DNA of 64,000 nt. It comes from an uncultured delta proteobacterium (lineage in GTDB: Bacteria > Desulfobacterota > Binatia > UBA9968). Position 1 is the first letter of the stretch, and each line of letters starts with the position of its first letter. Of this stretch, positions 27,902 through 37,745 are shown one piece after another. A program made the position numbers and the translations under genes. The notes under the pieces were generated by a model. That model made no database searches, was not told where the DNA came from, and worked only from the letters and a program-made list of their open reading frames with translations. The stretch covers positions 18,602 through 82,601 of the forward strand of contig CAWDHA010000032.1 in the NCBI GenBank assembly GCA_963801935.1. The letters run 5' to 3'.

Positions 27902-29152
27902 ATGATCGAGCTCCCGTGCTTAAGGCCGGTGACGGCCGTTCCGGTGCAGCAGGACGGCCAAACCTTCGTCCTTCTCAAAGACCCGCTTAACTTCTCCAGC
28001 CCGTTGGGCTTCTCGCCGGTGGGATATTTTATCTTGTCTCACTTGGACGGCCGGCATTCGTTGATTGATATCCAAGAAGCCTTCAGCAAACAATTCGCCC
28101 GTGTGCTGCTTGCCGATGAGTTGAAGGACTTCATCAACATGCTCGACCAGCACTACTATCTGGAAAGCGAGCGGTTCTTGACTCACCGCGATGCCGTCAT
28201 CGATGAGTTTCGCCGCCGGCCATCACGTGGCGCCGCCCACGTCGGCGCAGTTTACCACGCCGATCCTGCTGAACTAAAAAACCAGATTGACGGCTTTTTT
28301 AGCGCGCCGAACGGCCCCGGACGCGCGCAGCGCCGAGAAGCCTTGCCGCCGCCTAGGGCGATCGTCGCGCCGCACATCGATTTTCACCGCGGCGGGCCGG
28401 CGTACGCCTGGGCCTATAAAAGCCTCGCCGAAAGCGCCGGTGCCGATCTTTTTATTCTGCTCGGTACGTCGCATTGCGGTGGCCGCAATCCTTTTATATT
28501 GACCTCGAAAGATTTTGAGACGCCGCTGGGAATGGTCGAAACCGATAAGGATTTTGTCCGCCGGCTGCATGACTCTGGCGGCGCCGATCTGTTTGCCGAC
28601 GAATATCTTCATCGCGGCGAACATTCGCTGGAATTTCAGGTGGTGTTATTAAAATATGCGGCGCAATTGCGCGCCGCGCTGGCGAACGAGCCCGAGCGGC
28701 CGTTCAAGATCGTGCCGATTCTGGTTTCCTCATTTAGTACGAGCGTACGGCAACAAACCTTGCCGGAACGCGATCACAAGGTGCCAAAGTTCTTGAGCGC
28801 GTTGCGCGACCTGACGCAGAAAGAAACGCGCCGGGTTTGTTTTATCGCGGGGGTGGATTTAGCCCACGTCGGCAACGAATTCGGGGATCGCGAGCCGGTC
28901 ACCGAAGATTTTCTGAAGTGGGTTGAACGCGAAGACCACAAGCTGATCGAGCGGCTCGGCGCGCTCGACGCGCCGGGTTTTTTCAACGAAGTCGCAAAAG
29001 ACGGCGATAGAAGAAAGATCTGCGGCTTCGCGCCGCTCTATTCGCTGATTCACTTGCTCGACGGCGCCAAGGGAAGTCATCTGAAGTACAGCCAGGCTTT
29101 TACGCCGGAGACTGGCTCCGCGGTGACTTTTGCCAGCATGGTTTTTGAGTAG
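27902..29152 (+). CDS. AmmeMemoRadiSam protein B (MEMO1 family) with N-terminal extension
   Basis: APHID, LGTSH, FETPLG, EHSLEFQ, DLAHVG and KICG motifs. Confidence 0.88.
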   Translation: MIELPCLRPVTAVPVQQDGQTFVLLKDPLNFSSPLGFSPVGYFILSHLDGRHSLIDIQEAFSKQFARVLLADELKDFINMLDQHYYLESERFLTHRDAVIDEFRRRPSRGAAHVGAVYHADPAELKNQIDGFFSAPNGPGRAQRREALPPPRAIVAPHIDFHRGGPAYAWAYKSLAESAGADLFILLGTSHCGGRNPFILTSKDFETPLGMVETDKDFVRRLHDSGGADLFADEYLHRGEHSLEFQVVLLKYAAQLRAALANEPERPFKIVPILVSSFSTSVRQQTLPERDHKVPKFLSALRDLTQKETRRVCFIAGVDLAHVGNEFGDREPVTEDFLKWVEREDHKLIERLGALDAPGFFNEVAKDGDRRKICGFAPLYSLIHLLDGAKGSHLKYSQAFTPETGSAVTFASMVFE

Positions 29153-29194
29153 GAACTACGAAACTATTTCGCAGACCTAGAACTCCGTTTCCCG

Positions 29195-29224
29195 TTGACA
29201 TAACCGTCGCCCATCGACTAGCGT
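29195..29224 (+). promoter_or_regulatory. putative sigma70 promoter of the SBP56-SCO pair
   Basis: TTGACA-N18-TAGCGT about 65 bp upstream of the ATG. Confidence 0.5.
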
Positions 29225-29288
29225 AACGCCAAAACAACATTTGGCTCTATGGTGTAGCTTACGCTCACGCCAGTCGAAAGGACGACGT

Positions 29289-30563
29289 ATGACTCTTAAC
29301 AAGTGGAGCTGGATCGCAACGCTCGCAGGTACATGGTTGACTCTTGCAGGCGCACTGTTTGGCGACGAGACTTGCAACTCGCCCTATGTTTCGAAGTTAA
29401 TTCAAGGCCAGGAAGATTTCGTCTACGTATGGGCGCTTGGCGTAGAGGGTCTAGGAGATGGCTCGGACAAGCTCGTGACCGTCGACGTCAATCCGAAATC
29501 GAAGAGTTACGGCAAAGTAATTCATACGCTGTCCACCGGCGCGCGCGTCGAAGCGCACCACATGGGTTTTACCGACGACCGGCGCCATATATGGGCGGGC
29601 GGGCTGTCCGATAACCGGATCTGGGTATTCGACATCGGCGCCGATCCGGCAAAACCCAAACTCGTGCAGACCATCGCCGATCTCGGCGACAAATCCGGCT
29701 ATCTCGGGCCGCACACGTATTACGCGCTTGCCGGCCGCATGCTCGTACAGGCTCTGTCCAACACCAAGGACAAGAGCGGTCGAACCGGCATGGCGCTGTA
29801 TAACAACAAAGGGCAATTCATCGCTTCTTATGCGATGCCAACTGAAGGCGGCGGCGATGGTTATGGTTATGATCTCGCCGTCAACCCGAAGAAAAACGCG
29901 CTGCTCACTTCGAGCTTCACCGGTCACGCCAATTACATGCGGCCGCTCGGCGAACTGATCAAAGACGGCGAGGCGATGAAAAAATTCGGCAATACGATGG
30001 CGCTGTGGGACTTGAAAGCGATGAAACCGCAAAAAGTTTTCAGCGTTCCAGGCGCGCCGCTGGAGATCCGTTGGTCGCTGAATCCCAACGATAATTGGGC
30101 CATTACCGCGACCGCGCTAACGTCGAAGCTCTGGTTGGTCAAGCAGGACGGCAAAGGCGAGTGGATCGCGAAAGAGGTTGGTACTATCGCTGATCCCTCG
30201 AAGACGCCGCTGCCTGTTGACATCAGCATCACGCGCGACGGCAAGGGGTTGTGGGTGAACACTTTTATGGACGGCAAGACCCGCTACTTCGATCTCGCCA
30301 ATCCAGAAGCGCCGAAACAGACCTACGAGAAAGTCACCGGCAAACAAGTCAACATGGTATCGCAGAGCTGGGACGGTAAACGCTTGTATATTACTCCCTC
30401 GCTGCTCGCCAATTGGGACAAGGGCGGCGCGGACAATGAGCAGTTTCTGCGCGGTTTTGCCTGGGATGGCAAGGATCTCACACAGAAGTTTGAAGTCGAC
30501 TTCACCAAGGAAAAGATCGGCCGCGCGCACCACATGAAGCTCGGCTCCAGGGCGCTGCGGTAA
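29289..30563 (+). CDS. SBP56/methanethiol oxidase (MtoX)-like exported beta-propeller
   Basis: Signal peptide; DETCNSPY, EAHHMG, GPHT, PLEIRW, SQSWDGKRLY and SLLANWD motifs. Confidence 0.85.
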   Translation: MTLNKWSWIATLAGTWLTLAGALFGDETCNSPYVSKLIQGQEDFVYVWALGVEGLGDGSDKLVTVDVNPKSKSYGKVIHTLSTGARVEAHHMGFTDDRRHIWAGGLSDNRIWVFDIGADPAKPKLVQTIADLGDKSGYLGPHTYYALAGRMLVQALSNTKDKSGRTGMALYNNKGQFIASYAMPTEGGGDGYGYDLAVNPKKNALLTSSFTGHANYMRPLGELIKDGEAMKKFGNTMALWDLKAMKPQKVFSVPGAPLEIRWSLNPNDNWAITATALTSKLWLVKQDGKGEWIAKEVGTIADPSKTPLPVDISITRDGKGLWVNTFMDGKTRYFDLANPEAPKQTYEKVTGKQVNMVSQSWDGKRLYITPSLLANWDKGGADNEQFLRGFAWDGKDLTQKFEVDFTKEKIGRAHHMKLGSRALR

Positions 30564-30565
30564 AC

Positions 30566-31264
30566 ATGCACGGGACGGTATATACGCTGGCGCTGGTGAT
30601 CGAGTTGCTCGTCGTTCCTGCGCTCTGGGCGCATCCACCCGCAGCGCTTCCCGCCCTCGCCTTCACACCTCCGCCGCCGGGGAGTTACACCCTGCACCGC
30701 ATCATGACGGCTCCCGATGGGCGGGTGTTGAGCATCGACGGTCGCAGCCAGCCGCTTTCGCGTTACACACGAGGCCAGATAACCTTGCTCGGGTTTATCT
30801 ACACCACTTGCGTTGATCCTGAGGGTTGCCCGCTCGCCTACCGGGTGTTCGATACGCTCAAAACCGCGATCGCCGCAACTCCAGCGCTGCATGGCAAGGC
30901 GCGGTTTGTCACGCTCTCCTTCGATCCGGCACGCGACACGCCCGCCGTCATGCGGCGCTACGCAGGCGGCCGCGCAGTGGATTCGAGCGGCGGCGTGCGC
31001 TGGTATTTTCTCACCACGCGCTCGGCGCGCGAGTTGATGCCGCTGGTGGAGGGATTCGGCCAGGACGTGCGCGTAACCGTCGACCGCTCGAGCGGACGCC
31101 CAAGGCGCGAGCTGTCGCACGTGCTTAAAGTGTTCCTGATCGACCGGGCGGGCTATATCCGCGAGATCTACAGCTCTCTCTTCCTGCACCCGCAAACCGT
31201 GCTCAACGACATCGAGACTTTGCTCATGGAAGATGGATTTCAGTCGGCACTGGTAACAAAGTAA
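30566..31264 (+). CDS. SCO1/SenC family copper chaperone
   Basis: FIYTTCVDPEGCP, LSFDPARDTP, conserved His (LSH) and FLID motifs. Confidence 0.88.
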   Translation: MHGTVYTLALVIELLVVPALWAHPPAALPALAFTPPPPGSYTLHRIMTAPDGRVLSIDGRSQPLSRYTRGQITLLGFIYTTCVDPEGCPLAYRVFDTLKTAIAATPALHGKARFVTLSFDPARDTPAVMRRYAGGRAVDSSGGVRWYFLTTRSARELMPLVEGFGQDVRVTVDRSSGRPRRELSHVLKVFLIDRAGYIREIYSSLFLHPQTVLNDIETLLMEDGFQSALVTK

Positions 31265-31299
31265 GCCGCTGCTCCCCTTCCGACTTTGCGGAAATCGTA

Positions 31300-31602
31300 G
31301 CAAACCAACTTCATTGTGATTTTCGTCGTACGAGCGGGCTTCGGAAGCTTCGAGGCCGACTTTAAGACGAGGAGAAAGAAGTGAATAGGCACAAAGAAAC
31401 CATGCCGCTCTGCGGCGGAACGACGAAAACCGGGACGACGACATTTACTGCGGATTTGGAGTTTGGTGTTGTAGTTGTCAGGAAAGTGCCGGCTACGGTT
31501 TGCAGCCAGTGCGGAGCGGACTGGATTGGTGACTCCGTGACTGACTCATCTCATAACTCGTGGAATTCTTCCGCGGTAATTGCCGCCTGGCGGAAGAGTT
31601 AG
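31300..31602 (+). pseudogene. degenerate DUF4258-like 3' remnant plus YgiT/MqsA-type zinc-finger gene
   Basis: FEADFKTRRKK* overlaps a GTG ORF with PLCGG..VVVRKVPATVCSQCG whose first Cys is lost. Confidence 0.55.
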
Positions 31603-31635
31603 TCTTATCTTGAAGAAACTATCCCGCTAGTCGCG

Positions 31636-32394
31636 CTAGTGCATGTTCAGGCCGCCGTCCACTGAGATGGATTGGCCGGTCATGAAATCGCTATCGTCGG
31701 ACGAGAGGAAAATCACCGTGCCCACGAGATCGGCCGGATACTGGTCGCGATGAAAGGCGCGTTTTTTTCTCCGGTCGGCAAGCTGTTCGGCGGTCATAAC
31801 GCCTTCTTGATTGGCACTCGAAATAGTTAACCCGGGCATAATCGAATTCACGCAGATATTGTCTTCACCGACTTCCCTGGCTAATGCCCGGGTGAAACCA
31901 ATCACCGCTGACTTCGACGATACGTAGTGGAGAAATAATGGAGAGCCGCCGAGCACGGTGCCGGATGAGATGTTTATAATCTTGCCCTTGCCCTGCTGCT
32001 TCATCGCCGGATAAACCGCCTTGACGCAGTGCCAGAGTCCCTTGACATTCACCGCCATCACCCGGTCCCACTCGTCGCCGTCGATCTCCATGAAGTTTTT
32101 CTTTTTCAACGCCGAATAGAGCCCGGCATTGTTGACGAGAATATCGATGCGCCCATAGGCTTTCAGCGCCGCCTGCGCCATGGCGCCGGTTTTTTCCGGC
32201 GAGGTGACATCGACGTATAGCGCCGTTGCTTCGCCGCCGGCTTGTTTGATTTCGTCGGCGACCTTCTTTGCTTCGTTGTCTTGAATATCGGCGACGATCA
32301 CTTTGGCGCCCTCTTGCGCCAGCCCCTGAGCATAGGCTTTGCCGATGCCGACGCCGCCGCCGGTGACGATTGCAACTCGATCTTTCAAACGCAT
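31636..32394 (-). CDS. short-chain dehydrogenase/reductase
   Basis: TGGGVGIG, NNAG, YVSSK and TGQSISVDGG motifs. Confidence 0.95.
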   Translation of the reverse strand: MRLKDRVAIVTGGGVGIGKAYAQGLAQEGAKVIVADIQDNEAKKVADEIKQAGGEATALYVDVTSPEKTGAMAQAALKAYGRIDILVNNAGLYSALKKKNFMEIDGDEWDRVMAVNVKGLWHCVKAVYPAMKQQGKGKIINISSGTVLGGSPLFLHYVSSKSAVIGFTRALAREVGEDNICVNSIMPGLTISSANQEGVMTAEQLADRRKKRAFHRDQYPADLVGTVIFLSSDDSDFMTGQSISVDGGLNMH

Positions 32395-32439
32395 AACTTC
32401 CTCCGTAGTCGCTAAACCGGACTATTGACGCGATTACGG

Positions 32440-32568
32440 CCGAAGAGTAAGCCTCTCTCTCCGGTCGCGGTTCGAGCATTCGACTAAGCTCACGGCCCTG
32501 AGGTTCTCGAAGGGCAGGCTCACCACCCTGAGCACAATCGAAGGGCGGCCAATGGGCCTGTACCTAAG
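32440..32568 (+). repeat. R3 left part with doubly nested module M
   Basis: ccgaagagtaagcc..ccggt[cgcggttcgag[cattcgac..tcgaaggg]caggctcacc..tcgaagg]gcggccaatgggcctgtacc. Confidence 0.8.
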
Positions 32569-32747
32569 AAAGCTTATTTGTTCCAGTTGTTCCAAATGTT
32601 CCAGACGTTGAAGCCCCCACCTATTTCCTCCCCCGCGACGCGGGGGAGGATTAAAGGAGGGGGATTAAACGGATGACGTTTTAAACCCAATTCACGGCCT
32701 ACACTCTGTCACGGGTTTTCCTCGGAGATGAGTAATCCGGGCTTGCG

Positions 32748-33841
32748 CTAGCCCAGCGCCGGGTTGATCAGCGCCTTGGTCGGGAACATTTCCGGAATCT
32801 CGCCGCCCACCGAGCGGATGCACTTTTCAATATCCTTCAGCGGAAAGACGTGGCTCACCATCTCCTGTACCGGAAACTGGGTCGATTCGATCAAGCGCAG
32901 CGCGGCTTCGGTGGCGTCGTTGTCGGCGGTAAAGCAACCCTGAAGCTTGGTCTCGTTCCAGACGAGCTTGTCCATCAGCATCGGTGTGACGGTGGTATCG
33001 CCGGTTAAACCCGCAAGCACCAGGGTGGCCTGGCGGTGCAGGCAGTCCACCGATTTCAAGATCGCGTTGGATTGCCTGAGACGTCGACGACGACGTCGCA
33101 CATCTCGCCGTTGGTTTCCTTGCGAACTACTTCGACGACGTCTTCTTCCTCAACGTTGATGGCGCGGTCGGCGCCGAATTTTTTGGCCAGCTCGAGACGC
33201 GGTTTGTCACGCCCGATGCCGCTAATAAAGATCTTGGCTGCGCCGGCATGCTTCGACGCAAAGGTGCACGACAGCCCTTGCTGGCCAGGGCCTTGAATCA
33301 GCACGTAGTCGCCCATCTTTACGCCGCCGCGGCGAATCGCCCATTGGAAGCCGTTGGCCATGACCGAGCCGATGAGGGCGGCGGCTTCAGCGGGCAGCGC
33401 GTCGCTGATTTTTGTCGCCAGAACGTCCGGCGCTAAATAGATGTAATCCGCGAAACCGCCGAACAGGTGCGGCGGCTGATCGCATTTGGTGCGGCCGCCG
33501 TAGTTGGTGCGCTGGCGGCAGAAGCGCTGGTTGTTGCGCCGGCAGTCGGCGCAGCGGCCGCAGCCCAGCGCGCCTTTGAGGATGATGCGGTCGCCTTCCT
33601 TGACTTTGTGAATCTGCCCGGCGTTGCGCCCGAGCTTCTCGACGCGGCCGAGAATTTCGTGGCCGAGAATGATCGGATAATCAACTTTGAGCTTGCCGTG
33701 CAAGTACTTTACGTCCGTGCCGCAGACGCCGCCCATTTCAACTTTCACCAACCCGCCTTCCGGCGGAATTTCCGGAAACGGATATTCACGAAGTTCCAAC
33801 TTGTCCGGCCCTACTAAAGTCGCGCCGCGTACGCTTGCCAT
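32748..33841 (-). CDS. Zn-dependent dehydrogenase (MDR family), frameshift near 33070
   Basis: GVCGTD, GHE, CGRCADC..C and QGPGQQG motifs; C-terminus is in ORF 32748-33101. Confidence 0.85.
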
Positions 33842-33913
33842 GAGTCCTCCCTGAATTTTGATGAGATCCCTCGCTGTCGCTCAGGATCAAGTGATCCCGG
33901 TCGTTACCGGAGA

Positions 33914-34894
33914 TCACTTCACTTTGTATTCCTGGGAAATTTTGTCGATGAAACCGCTACTTTCAAGTTCTTTTACCAAGGACAGATCGCTATAACGCTC
34001 CGGGTTTTCTTTTAAGACTTTGGGATCTTTCTTGCCTACTTCCTGGATCGGCAGCTCGAAGTACTCTCTCGACGGATAGGGTTTCAGGGGAAAATCGTAT
34101 TCGCGGAAGTTCTCTTCGAGGATCTCGCGGTCTTGCACTTTCATGTACTTGGACAAAACTTTCAGGGCGAATTCTTTATTCGACTTATAGAGCGCCACGC
34201 CTTCGATCATCGCCCTGGTGAAGTTGACCAGCTCCGGCCGGGTTTTTGCCAGATAGGGCCGGCGCGCGACGAAGAAAAGACTGGAGTAGGGAATATTCAG
34301 CTTCGACGCGTCGAGCAAAAGCGTCATGCCAAGTTTGCGCGCTTGCAAGGTCATCGGCGGCGTCAGCATGGCGGCGTCGGCGTTATTGGTCTCGACGGCG
34401 GCGATGCGGTTCGATTGATTGCCGAATTGCAGCAAGGCGACATCGGTGTCGGGCCGCAGCCCCTCGCGCTGGAGCAGAAAGCGGGCGGCGAAATCGGCGT
34501 TGCTGCCAAAGCGGCTGATGGCGATCCGCTTTACTTCCTTGATGCTCTTGATGCCCTTCCTTCCATACACCCGATTGTCCATGGTATTACCCAGGCGGCC
34601 GAACATGACCAACTCCAATCCCGGGTTCGTAATCACCACCTGCGGTGAGAACATGCCGATTTGAGCGTCGCCTGATGTCAAAGCCGCAGCCGCCAGACTC
34701 GCGCCCTGGATGAAAATCAACTCAACGTTGTTACCGTACTTCTCGAAGAGCTTGGCTTCCTTGGTCACCCAGAGCGGCGCGAATTGGCCGACCTCGCTGG
34801 TCCAGACGACGTTGATATTGGCAGCGTTGGCTGGGACCAACGAGATAAGCGAGAGAACGGCGGTCAGCGCACGAAGGTAAGCGCTATAGTTCAT
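33914..34894 (-). CDS. ABC transporter substrate-binding protein, NMT1/SsuA-like
   Basis: Signal peptide; PLWVTKEAKLFEKYG, ISRFGS and LESSGFI motifs. Confidence 0.88.
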   Translation of the reverse strand: MNYSAYLRALTAVLSLISLVPANAANINVVWTSEVGQFAPLWVTKEAKLFEKYGNNVELIFIQGASLAAAALTSGDAQIGMFSPQVVITNPGLELVMFGRLGNTMDNRVYGRKGIKSIKEVKRIAISRFGSNADFAARFLLQREGLRPDTDVALLQFGNQSNRIAAVETNNADAAMLTPPMTLQARKLGMTLLLDASKLNIPYSSLFFVARRPYLAKTRPELVNFTRAMIEGVALYKSNKEFALKVLSKYMKVQDREILEENFREYDFPLKPYPSREYFELPIQEVGKKDPKVLKENPERYSDLSLVKELESSGFIDKISQEYKVK

Positions 34895-34999
34895 GAATTC
34901 TCCTCTGCTTGATAGGCCGGGATATATTGATTTGCTCAGAGCGTCCGATTAATCCTATACTTCCGAATCAAGCATGGAATCAAGGTCACCGGAGGACGC

Positions 35000-35992
35000 A
35001 TGATTCAATCCGTTGTTCCGCTGCTCATGATATTTTTCGGCGTTGGGTTTGCTTGGGCGCAATCTGCCACGCGTGTCATGACCGGCTACGCCGCCACTTC
35101 CGGTCCCCATGCCGTACTGTGGACGGCGCGCGAGGCGGGATTGTTCGACAAGAACAGCATCAAAGCCGAAGTTGCTTACATCCGCAGCGGTTCGACTATG
35201 GCGCAAACTCTAGTATCCGGCGAGATCCAGATGTCTCAGATGGGCGGGCCGGCCATGCTCGCCGCCGGCGTCGCCGGCATGGACTTGACCTTCGTCGCAG
35301 TTGCGCTTAATACGACGCCGATTGTGATCATGGGCACGGTTTCGAAAATGGAAGATCTCAAAGGCAAAGCCATCGGCGTCACGCGCTACGGTTCTAACAC
35401 GGACATCTCCGCGCGCTTTGCGATCCGCAAAGCCGGGTTGCAGCCGGAGAAGGACGTGGCGCTCGTTCAACTTGAAGACTACGCCGGAATTATGGGTGGC
35501 ATGGCGTCAGGCCGCATCGCCGCCGGCGCGCTTGCCGACCCATTTACCGACGCGGGGAAAAAGTTGGGGTACAAAGAGATCGCCGATCTGGCAGCTTTGG
35601 GTCTGGAATTCCCCTTCGTCGGCATCGTCGCTAAGAAGTCCTATATCAAGGAGAACATGGATACGGTGCAGCGTTTTGTCCGCGCCTATACGGAAGCCAT
35701 CGCGATGTACAAGAATAACCGCGAGCTAGCAATGAAGGTTACGAGCAAATACACCGGCATCAAAGACCCGGCGATTCTCGCCTCGACGGTGGATTTCTAC
35801 ACGCCGAAGTTGCAGCGCGTGCCTTATCCGACCGTCGGCGGCTTACGCTTTGTCCTCGAGCAAGTCGCCATACGCGAGCCCAAGGCAAAGAACTTCGCGC
35901 CTGAAACATTCATGGATACACGCTTCGTCAAGCAGCTCGAAGACAGCGGCTTTATCAAAGGCCTTTATGCGAAGGGGTTAGAGAAGCCCTGA
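35000..35992 (+). CDS. ABC transporter substrate-binding protein, NMT1/SsuA-like
   Basis: Signal peptide; AREAGLFDK, DLKGKAIGVTRYGS and LEDSGFI motifs; divergent from its paralogue. Confidence 0.88.
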   Translation: MIQSVVPLLMIFFGVGFAWAQSATRVMTGYAATSGPHAVLWTAREAGLFDKNSIKAEVAYIRSGSTMAQTLVSGEIQMSQMGGPAMLAAGVAGMDLTFVAVALNTTPIVIMGTVSKMEDLKGKAIGVTRYGSNTDISARFAIRKAGLQPEKDVALVQLEDYAGIMGGMASGRIAAGALADPFTDAGKKLGYKEIADLAALGLEFPFVGIVAKKSYIKENMDTVQRFVRAYTEAIAMYKNNRELAMKVTSKYTGIKDPAILASTVDFYTPKLQRVPYPTVGGLRFVLEQVAIREPKAKNFAPETFMDTRFVKQLEDSGFIKGLYAKGLEKP

Positions 35993-36080
35993 AATACTGG
36001 AGTGATGGAGTGTTGGGTCCTGAGAAACGCATCACTTTGATACTCCACCCCCCGTTCCTGGTAGAGCGCGCAAGTTTCTC

Positions 36081-36207
36081 GCAGGCTGCTCAAAAAGATC
36101 CAGAGGCGAGGCGCGCGAAGTTCGATGAGCGGAGGCGTACTCCTGTACGTTGACGCGAAATCGGGCGAGCACAACGAAGCCTATCGGCCTTTTTCAGCAG
36201 CCTGCTA
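36081..36207. mobile_element. MITE-like family R1 copy
   Basis: Same TIRs as 53082-53210 and near-identical interior; right end CTA is the stop codon of the adjacent minus-strand gene. Confidence 0.82.
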
Positions 36208-36703
36208 GTTTTCCATCAGCAGAACGCCAAGCAGCATCACCACCAGCCCCAGCCCGGCGTTTAATTTCAGCAGGATGAACCACTTTTGCCAATGGGCGCG
36301 CAACGGCGCCGGCCAGACGGCGCCATCCGCAGGGATTTCCCGGCGTGAGCGCGGCGATCTTCGGGCCGTATTTAAAAACCTGCAAGGTGTGATGCACCAA
36401 CATGGCGACAAACAAAAAAAGTTTGATCGCTAGAATAATCATGTAGGTTTGACCGAGATGCGCGCCGGTGAACTGGCTGCGCAGCACCAAATTGACGCCG
36501 CCTGTGAGCATCAACAGGGTGATGCCGGTCCACGCAACGCCCTCGAAAGCCACTCTTCCTTGATTCAACGAGCGCATGGCGGCGCCCGCTTCAAGGGCGT
36601 TTACCGCCGGGCCGAAAGCCGCCAGAAAGAAGCCTATGCCGCCCAGCCATAGCGCCAGCGCGACGAGATGGAGCAGCAAACTGAGGGTGTGCCAATTGCG
36701 CAT
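36205..36703 (-). CDS. CopD/DUF4149-like membrane protein, frameshifted
   Basis: LHLVALALWLGG, LMLTGG and LAIKLFL motifs; C-terminus is in ORF 36205-36411. Confidence 0.7.
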
Positions 36704-36864
36704 GAAGGTTTTCGGATTGCGGTCGTGTTGTGCTTAACACTTGCAAAAATCCTTTGCAAATCAGCCGCATCGACGCTTGAAATGACCTGGACGCTATGTT
36801 AGCAAATAGCCAAGTTTTCCACTTCGCCCGCGAAAATCACTCTTTTTTAAGGATGGTCCGTTAG

Positions 36865-37531
36865 ATGCTCAGATGGCTGCCGGAAGATGTGTCTACCTAC
36901 GGTCGGGAGATCGATGCGCTATTCTTTCTGATTTATTACATTACCGCTGCGACGTTTATCCTCGTCACGGTGCTGATGATTTGGTTTCTTTGGCAAATAC
37001 CGCGACCAGGGTAACCGGCGCGCTACTTACACTCACGGCAATACGACTTTAGAAATTATCTGGACGGTTATTCCAGCGGCTATTTTGATTGTCATCTCCT
37101 TCATGAGCGTGTCGACCTGGGCGAAGGTCAAACGCGAGCCGCCGCCGACTGATTTTGAGTTGAGTGTGGCCGCCAAGCAGTTCAATTGGGACGTGGGTTA
37201 CCCGGGACCCGACGGTAAATTGGGTACTCCAGATGACGTTCGATTCGACAATGATATCCATGTGCCGGTAAACAAGGTCGTTCGCCTGCACTTGACGGCG
37301 AATGACGTGATCCATAGCCTTTTCATTCCTAATCTGCGCTTCAAGCAAGATGCCGTGCCGGGAAGAACCATCCTTGCCTGGTTTGAGGCCACCAAGCCGG
37401 GAAGGTACGAGCTGCCCTGTGCAGAGCTTTGCGGCTTCGGTCATTCGGGAATGAAAGGTTGGCTGCATGTGCATACGGCCGAGGACTACGGCAAGTGGGC
37501 GAGCGAGAATCTAGCCGCTAAACCACAATAG
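36865..37531 (+). CDS. coxB: cytochrome c oxidase subunit II, frameshift near 36995
   Basis: WLPEDVSTYG..ID, HGNTTLEIIWT, DVIHS and CuA motif CAELCGFGHSGM. Confidence 0.92.
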
Positions 37532-37745
37532 CGCGTCCAAGGTCGCCAAAGCCGATTGATTCCTAGTACGGCAAAGCCGCAACAAAATAATTAAAAAAGA
37601 ATCTTACCGCAGAGCGCACAAAAAACACAAAAGCAGGGGCCGAAGCTTGCTGCGACGGTTTTAGAAATGCGCGAAAGGCCCAATGCGTCGAAATTTGCGC
37701 AAGCCGCGAAAACGTGAAGCTTAAAAGTACGGAGGAGTATTGACA

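Noticed and set aside
29289-30563. Selenoprotein or Sec recoding suggested by the selenium-binding protein family name
   Set aside because: The ORF has no in-frame TGA; the family name does not imply selenocysteine.
20210-31444. Long antisense ORFs such as 20210-21211, 22978-23523 and 30323-31444
   Set aside because: Shadow frames opposite well-supported genes in GC-rich DNA, with no motifs.
32614-32664. Strong C-rich/G-rich hairpin as an RNA gene
   Set aside because: It resembles a common REP-like palindrome within a cluster of repeats; single copy here, with no promoter or terminator context.
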